Positions 1-12,352 of a DNA stretch of 64,000 bases are shown one piece after another. Source of the stretch: Octopus vulgaris (Eukaryota); assembly GCA_951406725.2 (NCBI GenBank), contig OX597814.1, positions 156,302,001 to 156,366,000 of the forward strand, read 5' to 3'. The position numbers and the translations under genes were made by a program. Under the pieces are notes generated by a model that was not told where the DNA came from, did not search any database, and was given only the letters and a program-made list of their open reading frames with translations. Each line of letters begins with the position of its first letter. Within the stretch, counting starts at the first letter, position 1.

Positions 1-40
1 GTGTAATTTTAACGTTTTATTTCTTTCTTTATATTTCCAG

Positions 41-475
41 CTGGTTCGGAACAAATCAGTACCAAGCATTCAGGAGGAAGGCCGTGGAACGCTTAATTTT
101 AGCATTCATTATAACAAAGACAAGTCTTTGTTGACTGTTAAGATTATCCAGGCACGGGATTTGGTTCCTTGTGAAAATAATGGTACAGTTGACCCTTTCT
201 GTAAAGTATCCATCTTGCCGAAACGCTGGAATCAGTTAAACGGTAAAGTGTTGAAAAGTACATTAAATCCCAAATTCGAGGAAGAATTTGTGTTTGAAAT
301 GCCGGCCGGAGACCTGAGGACGTCTACTTTGGAAATACTTTTAGTGCATCATGATAAATTTTCACGGGGAAACAGTATTGGCAAAGTACAGATGGCGTTG
401 TGCGATGTTGATTTATCGGATAAAGTGATCATTTGGAAAAATATCATGAAAATAACCTCAGAAGATAAAGATCGG
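41..475 (+). CDS. Internal exon of a synaptotagmin-like gene (linker + C2A domain), phase 0 at both ends
   Basis: Pyrimidine tract + AG at 39-40. Open frame LVRNKSVPSIQEEGRGTLNFSIHYNKDKSLLTVKIIQARDLVP...DPFCKVSILP...TLNPKFEEEFVF...DKFSRGNSIGKV...IIWKNI has C2A hallmarks. Donor GTGAAT at 476. The rest of ORF 128-754 is intron read-through. Confidence 0.9.
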
Positions 476-3059
476 GTGAATATCACATATATTACCATTT
501 ATTTTCTGTATATGTGTATGCATGTATATGTGTGTATGCATGCATTCATTTCTGTTTATCTCATGAAAAGCTATATGCATAAATTATCATCTTTTGTTAC
601 ATGTTCAGCTCTATATCTCAGTAGTAAAGGATATATCTATGATGATCATCGCTTTCTTAATATTATCGGTGAAAAAATGTTATTTCTGCTGAGAAGCAAA
701 GCTGATTTGACGTCACATGTCGCTAAGCACATCAATCTTTTTTTTACCGCATAGTGCGTACTAGCTTTGTTCACGATAATTTATATTTAATTCATTCACT
801 GTAAATTATAATTTTATCGATTTTGTTTTTAACTCATATTAAATTTAACTCTGATGATATACCCTTGTGGTAACATGATCGAGAAAGTTATTTGTTCACA
901 ATATAAATTTTACCAATTACGTCAGAAATAATTTTCAGGGCAGCAGGATTTACAGAAATCTCGTCTCCTATAATTATTAACTGTTGTCTAATGCCTAAGC
1001 CTGGATTAATTCCTTCGTCGAACATCAATGAAACTGCAACGAATTTGAATTGCTGAATAAGCAAGCCAGTGACTGGCTTAAGTTTTGCTATAAGGATTTC
1101 TTGCATTGTTATACAAACAGGCAACGGATATAGCTGATTTAGTGTATGATTGATATTAATTCTTTGGACTCCAGAGCACTCAAAGTTGACTCCTATAGTG
1201 TTTGAAGTCAGCACATACAACTAAACAAAATATCACACAGCAATTACATTGGGACGCTAATATTTCTTCTAAACCAATGCCTTTGGTCTGTTTGGTGATA
1301 TTGGAACGTTCATTACATTTTCTTGTGAATTGTCAGCTTAAGCGTAACATGAAATGAATTCAATTGCAGTTTAAACTCGTGCAAATTAGTTTACTTTTAC
1401 TGCATGGAGATAATGGGCAGTGGATTGGAAAAATAAGAAGAGTTACAGATTAAATGCCTTGTCTTATTTGCTAACATTTCTTTGCTTTCTTAGTTCAAGT
1501 CCCTACAGTGTCATATTTTCCCCCTCCTGGTTTCGATAAAATAGGTTTCAGACATGTACAAGACGCAATAAACTAGATTATATTTCTCACCGTCCCAGAG
1601 ACCTATGTTCAAGGTCCTCTATAATAATACATTTATAATTCAATCCAGTCCGTTTGTTTTTGGATAAACTACCCATCGATAGCTTAATATACCTATTCGT
1701 GGAGTAAGATACTGAAAGACAAAAATTCATTTCAAAATAGTAAAACATTGTTAGTATTTGTCATGACACATATCATCAAAATTGCTCGAACTCAGCAAAG
1801 CGAGTTTAATAAAACAGCTACGTAGTAGTTTAACTCCAAGTCAAATTTGATAGTGCAGACCTACGTTCAAAAGTATTTCATCTATGAACATCCTGTATCG
1901 TTGAGGTTATGTACGACTAAGTTATATAATGTTTTCTGTCATTATCTAAGATAATATGGTCAGATTTGAGGATGTGGTGCGTATCGCAGTGAAATATATT
2001 GTCTTCAAGTATCTACTTGAATTTAGCTGAGCACTGATTCTGAGAGACAAATTCCCACTAATAAAATGCACTATCTGAAGACCTAGCCGCTGATCGATAT
2101 AACATCAGCCGCTATACTGATGCTTTGTCGATCAGGCTGTTGACATTTCTCTTCGTATAATACTGACATAATAAAGAAAAAAATTTAAAATAAAGTAATG
2201 AAATGTTTGCCTGTTTTTATTATTAGCTTAGTCAGTATAGTTAGAGAAGGAATGATAATGCGCAGGGCCTTTAACAAGGATTCTCATGACTAGTGGAAGA
2301 AAGAGATGAAGTTGTCCTCTGACCAAAGCCATAGCCTAAATGCTTGCAGCAGAAGAGATTTTGCCTAAAGGCATTATTGAGCCAAATGATTGTTTAAAAC
2401 TGTGCAGCAGACTACATTTCTCAAGGAATATGAATCCTCTTTCTGATGAGTCTTCGCATAGTTTCTGTCAACCAAATTTTCCTTGCGATGTTTCAGTGAG
2501 CCACAGATTATGGTAGAAGACTACAGGTTATGGGCAGTACAGCGAGTACGAACCCAAAATCATTTAGTTACAAAATGAAGTGTTTAGTTCCTTGTCTGTA
2601 CCTAATACTTAGGATGTTAAACAGATTTACACCTAAATGTACGGGAAGAGGCAAGAAAGAATTAATGACCTTTGCAAGCACTTAAAACTGACTCCCAATC
2701 AGTATGATTGAGAGTCAATATTTTACGGAAAAGCTAAAGTGGCAAAGAAATTTAGAAATTACGAATTCAAAGAGGGAAGATGAATAACATACCAGTCCAG
2801 TATAAAGGTGGGGAACACGTAGTGATGAAACATGAAAGGAGAGATGAGCTATTTGAAGAGTAGCGGAATAGAAAGTGTATGCAGCTAACTGTTTTCGATG
2901 AGCATAAAGAGCTAACAGCGATAGAAAAGGTTAAAAGAGAAAAACATTCGTCGGTCTGTTGAAACGAAAGTAAATAATTACTATTCTGTTGAACGACCAT
3001 TTGTACTCTATATGATTCCTGTGTCTGCTGCATCAGCAACGGCCGATGCGATGCCAGCG

Positions 3060-3550
3060 CTTCACTACGGCGTATAATGGTGCATCGTCACCATAAACTT
3101 CTTTCATCCCATCAAAAGTTTCTTGGTGTACGGCTTTTCAAGTATAAGAACCTGATCACTGACCTGCATTCAACTGCCTCTATTATAATACCTTAGTCCA
3201 CTTCAGCAGCCGTAAAAGACAAACAAATACTAGTGGAAAGCTGGAATTTATGTGATATGTAGAGACATGTTTGATTATTCCTGTACAAGTTCCATTTCCT
3301 GCAATAACCAGAAGTGGGACAGCGAAAATCTTTAATGAACACCCCTCGTATCTGTAAGCATTATCTGAATGCGACACCTAATCGAGACTTCCACAGAATC
3401 AACAATTGAACAGACCTGAAGTATTTACTAATCATATAGAGGGGGTGTATTCACTGAGAGGGTAATCAAGCGATGCCCTGTGCATGTTGATCTATGAAAA
3501 TCGAGCTTGTGTACACCGTAGTTGATGGCAGTTGACTTTCATGAGTTCAT
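3060..3550 (-). mobile_element. Degenerate RTE-clade LINE fragment
   Basis: Minus strand gives FDGMKEVYG (~3090-3120), resembling the RTE FY.ALKAVYG linker motif. Heavily decayed, boundaries approximate. Confidence 0.4.
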
Positions 3551-3567
3551 CTACCCTTTGATGGATG

Positions 3568-3570
<3 letters not shown>

Positions 3571-3622
<52 letters not shown>
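3571..3622. repeat. (TA)n microsatellite
   Basis: Direct reading; one of dozens of (TA)n, (TG)n and (TATG)n tracts in the window. Confidence 0.95.
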
Positions 3623-3625
<3 letters not shown>

Positions 3626-5114
3626 TGTGTGCGCGCGCTTGTATACGTGTGTGTGTGTGTGTATCTGTGTGTGTGAAATATCAAACATATATATGCATAT
3701 ATATATCATATATAAACTTTGTATATTGCCTATGTATAAATCACACATACACGAAATTATGGGCGTTTGTGTGTGTCTGTGTGTATGTATGTGTGTGCGC
3801 ACGCGCCTGTGTCTGTGTGTTGTATATGTACATATATTCTCTATGTGTACATATATTCTGGTCGCCTCCTCACTTACTTATACTGGTTAACCTCCAATTA
3901 ATGCTATCCTAATAAAGCCAATAAATTTCACACCGAATGCTATTATCTTCAGAAATGCATGACTCTCGTACTTACTAATATCCTTGTTTTGATATATTTT
4001 CTTTAATATTTAATACAAGCTGATATAATCTTAGTTATTAGACATATGTCACACTGCATTAAACAAATCTTTAACACTGTAACCCTTTAATAAAGAAGGC
4101 TGATGTTTATTACGTCGTATGTAGGACTAATATGCTGCCCACTTCACTAATGAGAGCGACCGTATGCAGTGACTTGAACTGCTAGATATAGCAGGCAAGT
4201 TATTAGAAAATAACGAAGAAGACATGAAGCAAAGTGCATTTGGTTGTACAGGTTACAGACAGGTTGGTCACGGCTGGAACGTTTTTCACCGTACGGCAAC
4301 CTAAGTAGGTCTAAAGCTACAATAGTCTAAATTACCTTTACGTGTTTGTTCGTTCGATCTCAGCGGTATATCAACCAGCTATCACCCAAACCACATTCTA
4401 TTGTCTTATCTATTATCATATAGTCCGAAACCAAGGTTGGGGCGGTCATAACTGGAATCTGTCTTTTATTATCGTAATTCTCTTCGATCAGGTTTGACAT
4501 GGAGTTAAACAGCATGTTATTTGCTTTCTAGCTCGGAAACTAATTATATTTCAAGTTCTTACTATCGTAAATACAACCAAATTACTTTCTCGAAGTTCTT
4601 AACAGTAATAAACTACTTTAAACATATCTTGCCTCTACTTCATAAAGAAGATAATTGTATTTTATGGCTGTAATCCTATGTCTTACGTAAAAATATCGGC
4701 AAAAACGATCAATAGACAGTATTATGTTGGTGATTTAAATGCTCCCAGAGGAAATTTATAAATACATACACACACAAATGCACATATTCAGTTATATAGT
4801 TATAGGTAGCCGCAACTCTTACAGAATGTTATAGGCATACATATCTTTGCACACACATACACACACATACACACATATTTGTGTGCGTGAGCAACCGTGC
4901 GATCGTGCATGTCGATAGAATGTTGCCATATTTTACTATCTATCATACATGCTTTAGAATTTGCTTCACACGCCATTTTGTTTTGATATTACTCGTATTT
5001 TTCTCTCGTTGTGTTTATGCTATTGCATATATATTTTCGTGACGAGCGAAACATAAAAACAGAACCAACGGAAAGATAGAAGTTTATTGCCTATTTTTTT
5101 CTTCTTCTGTTCTA

Positions 5115-5290
5115 TGTTTTACATGTTTCAGTCATTGGACTGCGGCCAGACTGGAGCACTGCCTTGAATAGTTTAGTTTAACAAATCAAAACCAGTACTT
5201 AATTTTCTTTAAGTCTGTTACTTATTCTATTCGTCGCTTTCCTTGAACTGCTGATTTACGGAGACGTAAACAAACTAACACCGATTCTGC
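5115..5290 (-). mobile_element. SINE family B, 3' fragment
   Basis: tttcagtcattggactgcggccagactggagcactgcc is the reverse complement of the tail of the copy at 20789-21190. Confidence 0.75.
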
Positions 5291-5382
5291 CAGCTCGCCG
5301 TCCTGACCAAGATAAATATTAACGAAATTCAATAAGCCTTCTATAACACGCACGCACACACACATACACATATAAAGGTGTA

Positions 5383-5436
<54 letters not shown>

Positions 5437-5441
<5 letters not shown>

Positions 5442-5690
5442 GTTGTATACTGTCAATTTAACGTGACAGTAGGGGATTACACCACCGCTGTTTAGCCCTA
5501 GGAAGCATCGACGCTTCCTGATGGCTTCGACACATTTTTTTCCTGTGTTTTTATATATTTACGAAGGGGAGACAAGCACCCCCAGCAGCCAGGCCTGCAT
5601 CTAAAGACACGCATGTTTCAGGATCTTTGTCCATCATCGGTCTAGAGTAGCAAAAGCCTGCCAGCCGCAGATATCTGTCCCGACTTCGTA
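5437..5690 (-). mobile_element. (TA)n-flanked insert with degenerate hammerhead motif (5601-5647)
   Basis: Minus strand reads AGA CCGAUGA uggac-aaa-gauccu GAAA CAUGCG UG UCU. The cleavage triplet GUG is non-canonical. Confidence 0.5.
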
Positions 5691-5794
5691 AATATATATA
5701 TCTAATTTTCAGTGAACTTTATTCACTGACTACCAAAATCAAAAATATTAAATTTCTAAATATCTCATAGAGATATGTACGGTGGTGGGGCGAT

Positions 5795-5835
<41 letters not shown>

Positions 5836-5837
<2 letters not shown>

Positions 5838-6111
5838 ATAAAACGGTAAGATAACAAAAGAAAGAAAGAGACCTCAATATTATGTAAATAGAGGAAATTT
5901 ATCTATACAATATGTTACATTACTCGGTAGTCAAGATAAAACTCTGAGTTTCAGATGCCGAAGTGGAAATCCACAACACCATCTCTTCGGTTATCTGGCT
6001 ATTTGCAAATAGCCAGATAACCGAAGAGATGGTGTTGTGGATTTCCACTTCGGCATCTGAAACTCAGAGTTTTATCTTGACTACCGAGTAATGTAACATA
6101 TTGTATAGATA
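5836..6111. mobile_element. (TA)n-flanked fold-back element with a perfect 212-bp palindrome (5900-6111)
   Basis: Arms are exact reverse complements around atttg|caaat (6005/6006) with no spacer. A unique tail lies at 5836-5899. Confidence 0.9.
6015..6077 (+). ncRNA. Type I hammerhead-like motif (CCGAAGA core variant); mirror copy at 5934-5996 (-)
   Basis: AGAUAA CCGAAGA GAUG..CAUC u GAAA CUCAGAG UU UUAUCU: stem I AGAUAA/UUAUCU, stem II GAUG/CAUC. Confidence 0.6.
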
Positions 6112-6294
6112 CATATATATATATATATATATAACATTTGTAAACAAACACGAAGGCATTGTAAGTCATGGATGAATAGCGACTTTGGAAGTCTCTTATT
6201 ACAATAATAACTATATAAAAATATCGCTTTATATTGGAGTATATATATATTATTATTGATATATTATTGTATAGTTATTATTTTTATCATTATA

Positions 6295-6364
<70 letters not shown>

Positions 6365-6383
6365 AGATTTAAGACGGCGAGTC

Positions 6384-6630
6384 GAGGCGTGTAGCTTAGA
6401 AGTAAGGTGCTAGACTCATGATCGAAAGATTGCGGTTTCGATTCCTGGACCCTGTGATGTGTTGTATTCTTGAATAAAGCATTTCATTTCACTTTACTGC
6501 AGTCCACTTAGCTGGCAAAAATGGGTAATCATGCGATAGACTAGCGTCCACTCCAGACGGTGGGGAGTATATACACCAATGAATATGGAAAAGCAACATT
6601 ATGAGTCTACATAATTCGGGAAGAAGCTTT
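6384..6630 (+). mobile_element. tRNA-headed SINE (family C-like)
   Basis: Degenerate A box and GTTTCGATTC B-box-like motif, followed by ttgaataaagcatttcatttcac..cagtccacttagctggcaaaaatg, shared with 27680-27980. Confidence 0.7.
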
Positions 6631-6646
6631 ATCCTTTAATAATTTT

Positions 6647-6850
6647 TAAGGCGGCAATCCAGCGTATTCGTCATCACTCTGAACAAAATGTTTACCGCCA
6701 TTTCTTCCGACTTTACATTATAAGTTCAAATTCCCTCAAGATTGACTTTGCCATTCGTCGTTTTTTGGGTCGATAAAATAAGTACTAGTTGACCACTGGG
6801 GTAAATGCAGTTTTTCAGGAATTGCTGGCCTTGTGCCCAAAAATTGAAAC
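6647..6850 (+). mobile_element. Nin-domain-like SINE (family A), diverged
   Basis: aaggcggc..agttcaaattcc..gactttgccattc..gggtcgataaaataagtac, similar to the family A copies. Confidence 0.7.
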
Positions 6851-6959
6851 GTACATATGCAAGACGGAAACAGGGACTACCATTAGTTTCATAATTCTGA
6901 AAATGCAATAGTCAGACAATCCCGTATAGCTTGCTGCACACAATAATGAAATTATTATA

Positions 6960-7360
6960 ATGCGGTGAGCTGGCAGAAATGTTAGCACGCCGGGAGAAAT
7001 ACTTAGCGGTATTTCGTCTGTCTTTACGTTCTGAGTTCAAGTTCTGCCGAGGTCAACTTTGCCTTTCATCCTTTCGGGGTCGATTAAATACGTACCAGTT
7101 ACGCACTGGGGTCGATGTAATCGACTTAATCCGTTTGTCTGTCCTTGTTTGTCCTCTCTGTGTTTAGCCCCTTGTGGGTAGTAAAGAAATAGGTATTTCG
7201 TCTGTCTTTATGTTCTGAGTTCAAGTTCTGCCGAGGTTAACATTGCCTTTAATCCTTTCGGCGTCGATAAAATTAAGTACCAATTTCGTACTGGTGTCGA
7301 TGTAATCGATTGCCCCCACCTCCCCCAAAATTTCGGGTTTTGTGCCTAGGGTCAAAAAGA
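6960..7360 (+). mobile_element. SINE family A dimer (full unit + headless unit)
   Basis: gcggtgagctggcagaa head, then the gcctttcatcctttcggggtcgat core twice, joined by gggtagtaaagaaata|ggtatttcg. Confidence 0.9.
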
Positions 7361-9494
7361 ATAATGAAATAATTGTGTACAGCGCTCAGGTGCACTTCAA
7401 TACCTTTGGAAGGAAAAAAAAGAGAAAGAACGAGGAAGAACGAGAGGATACGAGCAAGACAAAATACGGAATGAGAAAAACGAAAAAAGAAACATGTAAA
7501 AAGACGAATTAAGAATTGCGCTCCTTTGGTTCATTAAAATTGAAATTGATATGATTGGCGCAATTAATTCAACGGGGAAAGATTAAAGCATGTGAAACCG
7601 TATGCTTAATTCGGAAACAGTAGCATTTTCCTGTTCAATTAAACGTGTCCAGACGCTTATCGTTAATGAAAATCTCGGATTTAGAATTCAGTAGAATTCA
7701 GAATGAATTGAAGATTAAGTTTGAGGATTTGTTACTGATATCTACACATTGTAAAAATGAAGCGTGAGAAAAACTAAATATTCCTGTTGAACAACGATTT
7801 CTTCGAATATTAGCTATACACTGGTAGTTGATGCACCATGTCTCTCGAAAGTGAGGGACGTGCCCATTTTCCTACCAACACAAATTTTGCAAGTTGATAA
7901 TGTCTACGTTCTTACCAAGGAAACTTCAGTTTCCAGCTTCTTTATAAATTCAAGATTCTCATTCTCAGATAGGACCAGTGGCTTCTTTTTTAAATTATTA
8001 GTCTTCCTTGAAGTCATGTTGTCCAATCACTGAGATATTAAAAAGAATTGCAAGGCAGCACAAGTAGCTATATTCCTTATGGTGGTTGTTGTTCCAGCAT
8101 GCATTATCCTATCATGTTGAACGATCAGAAAATATTTGTTTTCGTAAAGAAAATCAATATCAGATGGATCTTCGGCGAATTTATGTCTATGTAGTCGGTA
8201 AGCGAATTAAGAGCCTAGTTAATATGGAAAAACTGCACAGTGCTAGAATGAAAATGTTTAGTTTTAGACGGGTACGTGAAACTGAAGTGTAAACAAAGTG
8301 TGTAATAATAAAATGTCGCTCATTTCCTGTACTTACTTTAATCATTGTTCCATTATCTCATCACCTGACCTGTACAAATGCTGATACAGCAGACTACAGG
8401 ATATACAGTGCTATCCCAGAACAACGGCTACATTTCTGTGTAAGGCGCAGCGAAATATGATCTTTTATTATGTTATCCACTCAGTTTAATATTTATGATG
8501 ACTGTAATATATTTATTGAGTTTAAAGTATCCTATTATTACACGGAGAATATAAACTCCCGCAACACTTGTTTCAAAGATAATAGTGAAAATCAACACCG
8601 AAACTGTCTTAACAGGTTTTGTACGATTCATCCGATATCCAGCTCAACTGGTCGTGTTTTAACAGGGGTCCTTTGTATATATGCATAAATACTTACACAC
8701 GTATGGATTTTTTGTGTTACTTGACTGGCCAAATGATATGATATTGCATGTTGCACAAAATATTGTCTTTCACACCTTAACTTATATGCAAACATACTGT
8801 GCATCATTCTCTTCTAATAAATATTGAAAACTGGTTTTGTTAAAATCATGGCCCAAGCTTTCCAAACCTCGATTATATATTATCTTGTATTTTATTTCCA
8901 TACTTCATCGTTTTTCAAGTCAAAGGCATGCCTATGTTATTCAATCATCTTAACTTGGTTGAATTTACTCCAGTAAAATTTGTGCTCATCATTTGACAGC
9001 TAATATATAATGAATATAGCATGGTCAAGCAAGTATAGGTTTCAATGCAATTTTCTCCAGTAAAGATTTTTACATCAGCATGTAATTGCATGTAAATATA
9101 TGGGTTCGGCTTATGAGATGGCAAAGATAAGCTTACAACCTTTATTAGAAAATATTACATACATTTACGAAGTAACTAATTAAGAAGCAAATACTTGTTT
9201 AAGCAACGCGTTCAAACTGATCGCCTTCCAAATAGGATTTGTTAACAGCAGAAAGTGATAATTATGCCTCACTGATATTAAGGGAACAGGGGTGATAGAT
9301 GAGATAGATTGGCATTCACGTTTTGGCATGCCAACGTTGATTGGTTTTAAATTTTAAATTGACAGAATTGCGTCCGAATTGGTATTTAACGTATAGAATT
9401 GTGGATAAAGTGACTCAAGGTTCGTATTTTGCCATCATGTCACCAATGCGACTCTCTATCCATACTAAAAACACATGCATATTATCTTTTATTT

Positions 9495-9700
9495 TATATT
9501 TGCTTCAGTCATTCAAATGCGACCATGCTGGAGCACCGCCTTGAAGAGATATCTATCGCGCGAATTGACATTACTTTTTTAAAGTCTAATACTTATTTTA
9601 TCATATCATCTCTTTTCTTGAACCGTTAAGTTATGAGGGACGTCAACAAACCAACATTGATTGTCAATGGGTGGTGGAGCCAAACACAGACACAAAGACA
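9495..9700 (-). mobile_element. SINE family B, 3' fragment
   Basis: ttcagtcattcaaatgcgaccatgctggagcaccgcc..gaaccgttaagttatgagggacgtc. Confidence 0.75.
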
Positions 9701-10053
9701 CACACACACGCACACCCTCACACACACGCACACCCTCACACACACGCACACCCTCTCACACACACACACATATATATAAATATGTGTGTTTATATATATA
9801 TATGTGTGTGTGTGTTTAAAATATATAGGGTAGCGAATATTTTTAGAAATTTCACTACCAGTGGCCTAACATGTATAAAAAGTCAATAGACAACATATTC
9901 CTAATATAAAATATTGTAAATTTAAATACAAGAGAAACTACCCTTTAACAGGGAATTTTACACGCTAGATGAAGCAGTCAAAACGACTAAAACCACATTT
10001 ACGAGCTATTTCGAAGGGAATGAAAAATAAAAACTTTTACCTTGTTATTTGTT

Positions 10054-10127
10054 ACGGTTATACCTAGATTTCAATTTTTTTTAGCAAATAAAATAACTTA
10101 CCAGGCTAAATTCTCATCAGTAACTGC
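10054..10127 (-). ncRNA. Type I hammerhead ribozyme motif
   Basis: Minus strand: gcaGUUA CUGAUGA GAAUUU...aaauu GAAA UCUAGG UA UAACcgu, with a GUA cleavage triplet. Confidence 0.7.
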
Positions 10128-10352
10128 TCCATAACATTAACATATCATTTAGAGACTGGTAGTGAAATTTCTAGAAATATTCCCTAACCTATATATTTTA
10201 CGTATATGATTCTAGCATTTCGAAAATTCAGTTCGGCATTTTTCATTTACTGCCGACTGAAACTGCACTTGCGCGGTGAATTCGAAAAATTATAACATAT
10301 TATGATGAGAAACGTGTTCTTTTGTCTCGAAATTATATGTTAATGTTATGGC

Positions 10353-10426
10353 ACGGTTACTGATGAGAATTTCGTCTGGCAAATTATTTTATTTGCTAAA
10401 ACAATTTGAAACTTAGATATAACCGT
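10353..10426 (+). ncRNA. Type I hammerhead ribozyme motif
   Basis: ACGGUUA CUGAUGA GAAUU..GGCAAAU/AUUUGCU..AAUUU GAAA CUUAGA UA UAACCGU, with a perfect 7-bp stem I. Confidence 0.75.
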
Positions 10427-10608
10427 AAAAAATAACACGGTAAAAGTTAAAATACGTGTTATCATAATAACAACACACTATTAAAATAGCGCATTAAAAT
10501 ACTTTATCATCTCTAGTCAAATAGCAAATAATATTATAAATTGCATTGCTTTAAATATTTTCTAACAATCATTACTAAAAGTCAACGATTGATAATTAGA
10601 AATTATGG

Positions 10609-10675
<67 letters not shown>

Positions 10676-10678
<3 letters not shown>

Positions 10679-10938
10679 GTGTCGTTCAAACGATGAATAG
10701 CCTTCGCGTAAACCATTGGTTCGTTTTGTTCTCTTACTTTATTATCATCTTATAATCATCTCATAATAATGACCTTTATGACTCGTATTACTACCTCAGT
10801 CAATCTAAATGTATATATTTGTCGCTACCTGTCATAAATAGCCTTTTATCTATTTGCAATATGCATTTTCGTTGATTTTTCATATTTCACCCTTACATTT
10901 CCACGTGTATTTCATATTTTCTTTTCGTAACATATTTC

Positions 10939-10941
<3 letters not shown>
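10676..10941 (+). mobile_element. (TA)n-flanked insert with decayed hammerhead-like motif (10687-10728)
   Basis: caaac gauga a..gc cuuc gc guaaa CCAUUGG u uc guuuug; the core is damaged. Confidence 0.35.
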
Positions 10942-11007
<66 letters not shown>

Positions 11008-11033
11008 TGTATGTATGTATGTATGTATGTATG

Positions 11034-11125
<92 letters not shown>

Positions 11126-11135
11126 CATACATACA

Positions 11136-11255
11136 TACGACGGTTTTTTTTTAGTTTCTAAATACCAAGTCTACTCATAAGGCTTTGGCTGGCCCGATTA
11201 TAATAGAAGACACTTGTCCACGCAAGCATCTTACCACATAGTCATGCCTGCACCT
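11136..11255 (-). mobile_element. SINE family B, internally deleted 5' part
   Basis: ggctttggctggcccg..tagaagacacttgtcca..cttaccacatagtcatgcctgcacct. Confidence 0.7.
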
Positions 11256-11799
11256 AAGTTACCCCAAAAAAGGGCAAGAGTAAAAAGGGAATATAAATTT
11301 ATAAAAATTAATTCACAAACAAAAAAAAAACATGTAGGAAATGAATCAGGGAATTAGTAGTCAAGTTAGAACATTAGACATACTTTCTGTTATTAGATAT
11401 TCTTCTGATAAACGACCTGCCTGAAATGATCAGATTTCTCAATGCGTCTACAGTAAAATAATTTTTGTTGTCAACTTTCTACTGAATACTTGTAGAGGCT
11501 GACTGAAAGTAATTTTCTCGAATTCTACCGTCTTATTTAATGATGTTACTAAAATAAATCAGGTGATCCCTTGCCTGACCCCATTATTTTCTACATTGTT
11601 ATCTTTCTTCAAATTTCTTCAGGAATCTTTGATTGTGTATATGTATATATATGTGTGTACACATGCATGCGTACATACACGCACATATACATGCGTATGT
11701 GTGTATGTGTATGTATGTATGTATGTATTCAACCAGTTTGACGTCACTCCTTATAAAGGAATATTAAAGAGACACTCATTATCGCTATGCGCTCCATGA

Positions 11800-12141
11800 G
11801 AGCAGTCATCTAAAAGTTTTTGTGAATCTTGATGTTGACATAAATTCCTTGTTTTTCCTGATGAGAAAGCGGCATAATGTACTCCTTATTCCTTCACAAT
11901 TAGGAATATGCAGCCTTCGAAACATATGTCGAAAATAAAGGAAATTTGTTAATTTGTCGTTCAACTCCATTCTTTCATTTATTCATAAATTTTATAAAAA
12001 TACACACAAATTTCCACACGAAAACACGTAGTCTCTGCCCTAGGCACGTAACTTCAACCGTGTTATTTCTGATGTGAATTTGCTACCCAGGTATCGGTTA
12101 AACGAATTATCCATAAAAAGATATTTCATTTTTCTACTCAA

Positions 12142-12142
<1 letters not shown>
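11800..12142 (+). mobile_element. HHR-bearing short element ending in (TA)n; same family as 52443-52702
   Basis: Tail cgtaacttcaaccgtgtt..tgctacccaggtatcggttaaa is the reverse complement of 52488-52544. The 5' boundary is approximate. Confidence 0.75.
11853..11935 (+). ncRNA. Canonical type I hammerhead ribozyme
   Basis: UUUUC CUGAUGA GAAAGCGGCAUA...UAUGCAGCCUUC GAAA CAUAUG UC GAAAA: intact core, GUC triplet (predicted cut after 11930), palindromic stem III. Confidence 0.85.
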
Positions 12143-12207
<65 letters not shown>

Positions 12208-12233
12208 ATATCTATCTATGTATATATATATAC

Positions 12234-12352
<119 letters not shown>

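Larger units (their letters stand above)
9813..10450. mobile_element. HHR-bearing retrozyme/PLE-derived element with inverted, circularly permuted arms
   Basis: 9817-9862 is inverted against 10155-10200, and ~10032-10155 against ~10324-10448. Homologous to 50715-51160. Confidence 0.8.

Noticed and set aside
476-754. C-terminal part of ORF 128-754
   Set aside because: C2 similarity ends at the GT donor (476); the rest is low-complexity intronic read-through.
846-890. ctgatga followed by a tacc/ggta hairpin
   Set aside because: No GAAA correctly placed after stem II and no convincing stem I.
888-1220. 110-aa minus ORF with faint likeness to the ATP synthase beta N-terminus (FDEG, DVIG)
   Set aside because: Only short scattered matches with wrong spacing; probably chance. 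A BLASTP search would settle it.
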